DNA of 32,000 nucleotides from Acaryochloris marina MBIC11017. Its GTDB lineage: Bacteria > Cyanobacteriota > Cyanobacteriia > Thermosynechococcales > Thermosynechococcaceae. Under the pieces are notes generated by a model. The model was not told the DNA's origin. It ran no database searches and was given only the letters and a program-made list of their open reading frames with translations. The stretch is from positions 2,430,001 to 2,462,000 of the forward strand of contig NC_009925.1 in the NCBI RefSeq assembly GCF_000018105.1. The letters are read 5' to 3'. Shown piece by piece: positions 28,675 to 32,000 of this stretch; position 1 is the first letter of the stretch; the number at the start of each line of letters is the position of its first letter. Both the position numbers and the translations under genes were made by a program.

Positions 28675-30059
28675 GGCTCTCCGGGAATTAGCGTGGTAGC
28701 CGCTAGATATAGTGTTTAGGTCACAGCGAATGTCTGATACCCATTGAGGTCAAGAGAAATCCTTTGGAAGAGTCTTTCAATATCGAAAATACCGTAGCAT
28801 CGTCTTTTTAAGACTTTGACTCGGTTATTAAATCCTTCCACAAAACCACTGGTCCACCCCTCCAGGAAATAGTTGGTCATCTCGTCCATCCAATTATTGA
28901 TAGTGGTCAGAAAACAATCGAATTCCTTGATGTCACTCTTGAGTACTTGTTTACACCAAGCACGGATGGCACATTTAGCTCCGTGCTTGGTGTACCTGCC
29001 CTCAAATATCTGCGTGAGTTTCTCTCGGAGGTTGTACGCCTGTTTCAGTTGTGGAGAATAAGCAAACAATCGCTCAAGGAGTTGTTGCTCTGACTCTTTC
29101 AGATTCTCTGGTCGTTTTCTAAAAGGCCACATCGCGCCTTTGATGCTGTCATACTCTTGCTTAGAGAGCTCTCGTCGTAGACGTTTGACCTCACGTTTAC
29201 GAACCGTATCAGCACAATTACGATAGGCTTTGGTCACATGAAAGCGGTCAATGACAATTTTGGCTTGCGGCAATTGTTCTCGGACTGCACTGACAAATCC
29301 TTGGTACATGTCCGTACAGACGCGCTCAATGGTTTGGCGTAAATCAATGGGAATCGATTGAAGGAAATTTGCCACTGTCTGCTGTTTACGGTCGGCTAGA
29401 ACTGCCAATATATCCACCCCATCCGTCGTAGGAATCGTGATCAAAACCACAAAATCACGATGGCCTCGTTTGAGAGAAATCTCATCCATCCCCATAACTT
29501 TGAGGTCTGCATATTCGCTCCAGTCAACTTGAGCGGCAATCCAACGATCAATGATTCCACTGACGATATCCTCACTAACGCCTAGTTTTCTGGCAACATC
29601 TGAGACCGTTGAATTGATCAAGATTCGCAGAAGCCAACGCTCATATGCTTTTGTATTGGGACTGCGAGGTTCGTGCCATTCTAAATGTTGAGTTGTTGTG
29701 GGATGGTCATCGCAATACTTGCATCGATAACGCTTGGGCCGAATTTCTAAGTAAACGGGGACTTCAAATAATGGCAGGTGACGAATCCGAAAAGGCTGAT
29801 CATGACAATGGAGGTCAGTAATCTCACGTCCGCATTGATGACAGGTTGTTCCTTGAAGCGTACTCTCAATCTTGATGAGCCAATCCCCTCTCTCAGTCTT
29901 CGATAGCTCTAGAACTCGAATATCAGGAAGGTTGAGCGGGATGCGAATTGAGTTATCCATTACGCCATTGCTCTGAAGTACTACCTCAGATCATTCCATA
30001 GGGATGAAAAAGGAAACACACTAAATGTAGGACTGCTACACGCTAATTCCCAGAGAGCC
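28675..30059 (-). mobile_element. Intact ISL3-family insertion sequence (1385 bp)
   Basis: The left terminal inverted repeat begins at 28675 (ggctctccgggaattagcgtggtagc). The reverse complement of the right end, finishing at 30059, is ggctctctgggaattagcgtgtagc. They differ by 1 mismatch and 1 indel over about 26 bp. The GGCTCT termini are typical of ISL3. It carries a single full-length transposase ORF, is flanked by a perfect 8-bp duplication, and has no HIP1 site inside. Confidence 0.92.
28716..29960 (-). CDS. ISL3-family transposase
   Basis: N-terminal zinc-finger region (CHQCG...RYRCKYC), an HTH region (STVSDVARKLGVSEDIV), and a DDE domain (GMDEISLKRGHRDFVVLIT...DMYQGF...NNRVKVLKRRCYG). 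Confidence 0.93.
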   Translation of the reverse strand: MDNSIRIPLNLPDIRVLELSKTERGDWLIKIESTLQGTTCHQCGREITDLHCHDQPFRIRHLPLFEVPVYLEIRPKRYRCKYCDDHPTTTQHLEWHEPRSPNTKAYERWLLRILINSTVSDVARKLGVSEDIVSGIIDRWIAAQVDWSEYADLKVMGMDEISLKRGHRDFVVLITIPTTDGVDILAVLADRKQQTVANFLQSIPIDLRQTIERVCTDMYQGFVSAVREQLPQAKIVIDRFHVTKAYRNCADTVRKREVKRLRRELSKQEYDSIKGAMWPFRKRPENLKESEQQLLERLFAYSPQLKQAYNLREKLTQIFEGRYTKHGAKCAIRAWCKQVLKSDIKEFDCFLTTINNWMDEMTNYFLEGWTSGFVEGFNNRVKVLKRRCYGIFDIERLFQRISLDLNGYQTFAVT

Positions 30060-30067
30060 TTAATCTT
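30060..30067. repeat. Target-site duplication, right copy (TTAATCTT)
   Basis: Identical to 28667-28674. It contains the stop codon (tta = TAA on the minus strand) of the 106-aa ORF. Confidence 0.9.
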
Positions 30068-30380
30068 TCAGCTTCGCTTGGTAGCGTTGGGTTGTCCACA
30101 ACTCACTATCCCAAAATTCTTCCACCGTGAGCTGTTGATCCGTCCCTCGCTTAATGGCCCAATGATAGTGACGAATGGGTTTGCTGCTGTCATCAAAACC
30201 AATACGAACACAACGACCCACTAGCTGCCACGCACAACAAGCCACAAAATATTCCCTGGCATGTTTTGACGTGGGCTCTGGCAGAGATTCATTAAACAGC
30301 TGATTGAAAGTGCGAACAAATTTCGTTGCCCGTTGTTCAATAGACATTAACGGAAATAAAATGAGTGAGAATAACTTCAA
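30060..30380 (-). CDS. Hypothetical protein (95-106 aa)
   Basis: The track ORF starts at a TTG. The first ATG (cat 30345-30347) would give MSIEQRATKFVRTFNQLF..., 95 aa. I recognise no family. It is on the same strand as, and 71 nt downstream of, the 202-aa gene. Confidence 0.55.
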   Translation of the reverse strand: MKLFSLILFPLMSIEQRATKFVRTFNQLFNESLPEPTSKHAREYFVACCAWQLVGRCVRIGFDDSSKPIRHYHWAIKRGTDQQLTVEEFWDSELWTTQRYQAKLKD

Positions 30381-30451
30381 ATGTCTATGTCGTAAGTCTT
30401 TGAGGTCGATTTTCCTCCAAAAATAAAATGCTTTCCCAGTAAGGCTTTCAG

Positions 30452-31060
30452 CTATTTCCGATAAGGTCTAATTAACGGGTCTACTTGCCAACGATACTCA
30501 GATTCTTCAGGATTATAGGCACTACCCGGTGGAAGGAAAGCATATAAGACAACTGATTCACGGCAGGCTGCCAGCACGACTGGGTCTTTTGACAACGCAG
30601 CAAGTGCCACTAAGGAATAGTCATTGGACTCAATCGCAACATGAAATGTTTCAGCCGTTAAGTTGGCAATCGTCCAGGCCGGAAAGCTTTGCTCCATCGC
30701 GATGGATAATGCATCTTTACCGGTAGGCAATAAATAGCGTTGGTCCGCTGGAGTTCCAAATATGAGTGACCCAGTCACCTGTTTTAGACGTTGGAAACTC
30801 TTTACATCAGAAACGTCCGCTTCCCTTTCCCGTGGGACATTTTGCAGCGTCTGGACTAATTGAAAATACCGAGTCAGTTCTGGCGATTCTGTATAGTACC
30901 CCTCAACTGGAACATTGCCAGGTGCAAGAGACAATACCGAGGCCACCTCTTCTGCACACTGGAGTAGCTCAGTACGCTCATGGCATTTCATCGCCTCGCG
31001 GTAGAGTTCATCTAAACCCAGCACAAAGACTCGGTTAGTCACAATTCGTTGTTCTGGCAT
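30452..31060 (-). CDS. Hypothetical protein (202 aa)
   Basis: Clean ATG-initiated ORF with no TM helix or signal peptide and no recognisable motif. It is the first gene of the minus-strand cluster that ends in the ATP-grasp gene. Confidence 0.6.
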   Translation of the reverse strand: MPEQRIVTNRVFVLGLDELYREAMKCHERTELLQCAEEVASVLSLAPGNVPVEGYYTESPELTRYFQLVQTLQNVPREREADVSDVKSFQRLKQVTGSLIFGTPADQRYLLPTGKDALSIAMEQSFPAWTIANLTAETFHVAIESNDYSLVALAALSKDPVVLAACRESVVLYAFLPPGSAYNPEESEYRWQVDPLIRPYRK

Positions 31061-31311
31061 GGACTCGCGGTAAGGTTACAGCGCTGTTGACAGAGCAGAT
31101 TATTCAGCTCAGGTTCTCAATCAAAAAACAGCATATTCTCTTATTTTCCCCATTCTGATCAGGTTATCGGACACCTCTAACCCTATTAGGCGGATATAGC
31201 TCTTCTAACAGTATTAATAGGTTTCTAGTGAGCTTGATCTGACGAATCACTAGATCATGAGTAAAGATAGAAAGAGTCAACTCACACCGCTCCCAACCAA
31301 GGAAAACGATA

Positions 31312-32000
31312 GTGGCCGAACAGATAGACATCCTGGCGAGTTACGTCCCAGATATTGTCGTGCGTCGGTTACTCCAAGATCCGACTCCCATCGCTAAGCC
31401 CCAAATCGATCGTTTTCCTGCCGCCGTTATTTTTATCGATATCTCGGGATTTACCATCCTTACTGAAACCCTGGTGAAATCTGGACCGGATGGTTTAGAA
31501 ACCCTGACCGCCATTTTGAACGCCTACTTTGGCCAGATCGTGGATTTGATTTTGAAGTATGGCGGTGACGTCCTCAAATTCGCAGGAGACGCACTCCTAG
31601 CAGTTTGGCCCGTCCAGGAAGCTGACAAGACTCTCCAACAGCAAACGCTCCAAGCCTGCCAATGCGCCCTCGTTATTCAACAGTTTTCCCAGTCCTATAC
31701 TGCGACGAGTGATGTATCCTTAGCCTTACGGATTGGCATTGGGGCAGGTGATGTTGCGATCGCACATGTGGGCGGCGTCTATAAACGTTGGGAACACGCG
31801 ATCACAGGTGCCCCCTTAGGACAAATTCGCTTAACCCAAAGTTTGGCCCAACCCGGACAAGTCATCCTCTCGTCTGAAGTCATTACCTTAATTCAGTATC
31901 AAAGTATCGGCGCTACTATAGACAGCGGTTGCTGGCATCTAACTGCGTTATCAAAAGTAGATCCACCCCCAAAGACCAGCCCTAAAGAACTGACTATTGA
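31312..32000 (+). CDS. Class III adenylate/guanylate cyclase-domain protein, N-terminal part (runs off the window)
   Basis: My own translation from GTG 31312, the first start codon after the in-frame stop at 31258-31260, reads VAEQIDILASYVPDIVVRRLLQDPTPIAKPQIDRFPAAVIFIDISGFTILTE...YGGDVLKFAGDALLAVWP...LRIGIGAGDVAIAHVGG...WEHAITGAPLGQI. This contains the metal-binding FxDISGFT and KFxGDA motifs of cyclase homology domains. It is not in the ORF track because it is open at the window end. Confidence 0.8.
   Translation, partial: MAEQIDILASYVPDIVVRRLLQDPTPIAKPQIDRFPAAVIFIDISGFTILTETLVKSGPDGLETLTAILNAYFGQIVDLILKYGGDVLKFAGDALLAVWPVQEADKTLQQQTLQACQCALVIQQFSQSYTATSDVSLALRIGIGAGDVAIAHVGGVYKRWEHAITGAPLGQIRLTQSLAQPGQVILSSEVITLIQYQSIGATIDSGCWHLTALSKVDPPPKTSPKELTI

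Overview
This window is almost certainly cyanobacterial chromosome. I found at least 15 perfect HIP1 octamers (GCGATCGC) by eye, where about 0.5 would be expected by chance. It also carries typical cyanobacterial genes: tocopherol cyclase, Cry-DASH, a DUF3747/SLH envelope protein, FtsH, DnaK, a small HNH protein and a DUF3370-like protein.

Most of the window is recognisable housekeeping or envelope genes: tolC-like plus Cry-DASH, tocopherol cyclase, an SLH protein, a TIGR04283/TIGR04282 transferase pair, ftsH, a DHH phosphoesterase, an HNH protein, dnaK, a polytopic membrane protein, thiD, and an alpha/beta hydrolase plus PPOX-type flavoprotein. Three visibly AT-rich, HIP1-free patches interrupt this backbone (1-2320, 22257-23064, 25493-26313). 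There is also one intact ISL3-family insertion sequence (28675-30059) with near-perfect terminal inverted repeats and a perfect 8-bp target-site duplication.

I found no rRNA, tRNA or CRISPR array.

The best candidate for an undescribed system is the minus-strand cluster at 27877-31060. It has two unrecognisable proteins (202 aa and about 95-106 aa), then a 19-codon micro-ORF joined to both neighbours by TAATG stop/start overlaps, then a small DUF4343/R2K-like ATP-grasp enzyme. The ISL3 element has landed exactly at the junction between the 106-aa gene and the micro-ORF. The cluster faces a gene that begins with a class III nucleotide cyclase domain.

Secondary leads:
- A 794-aa orphan protein next to an 808-bp AT-rich, ORF-free spacer.
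- A perfect cyanobacterial-type LexA box overlapping the -10 of a textbook promoter, in front of an Arg/Cys/His-rich 145-aa orphan.
- A 20-bp perfect inverted repeat between convergent genes.

All family assignments come from motif recognition by eye and need HMM or structure searches to confirm.
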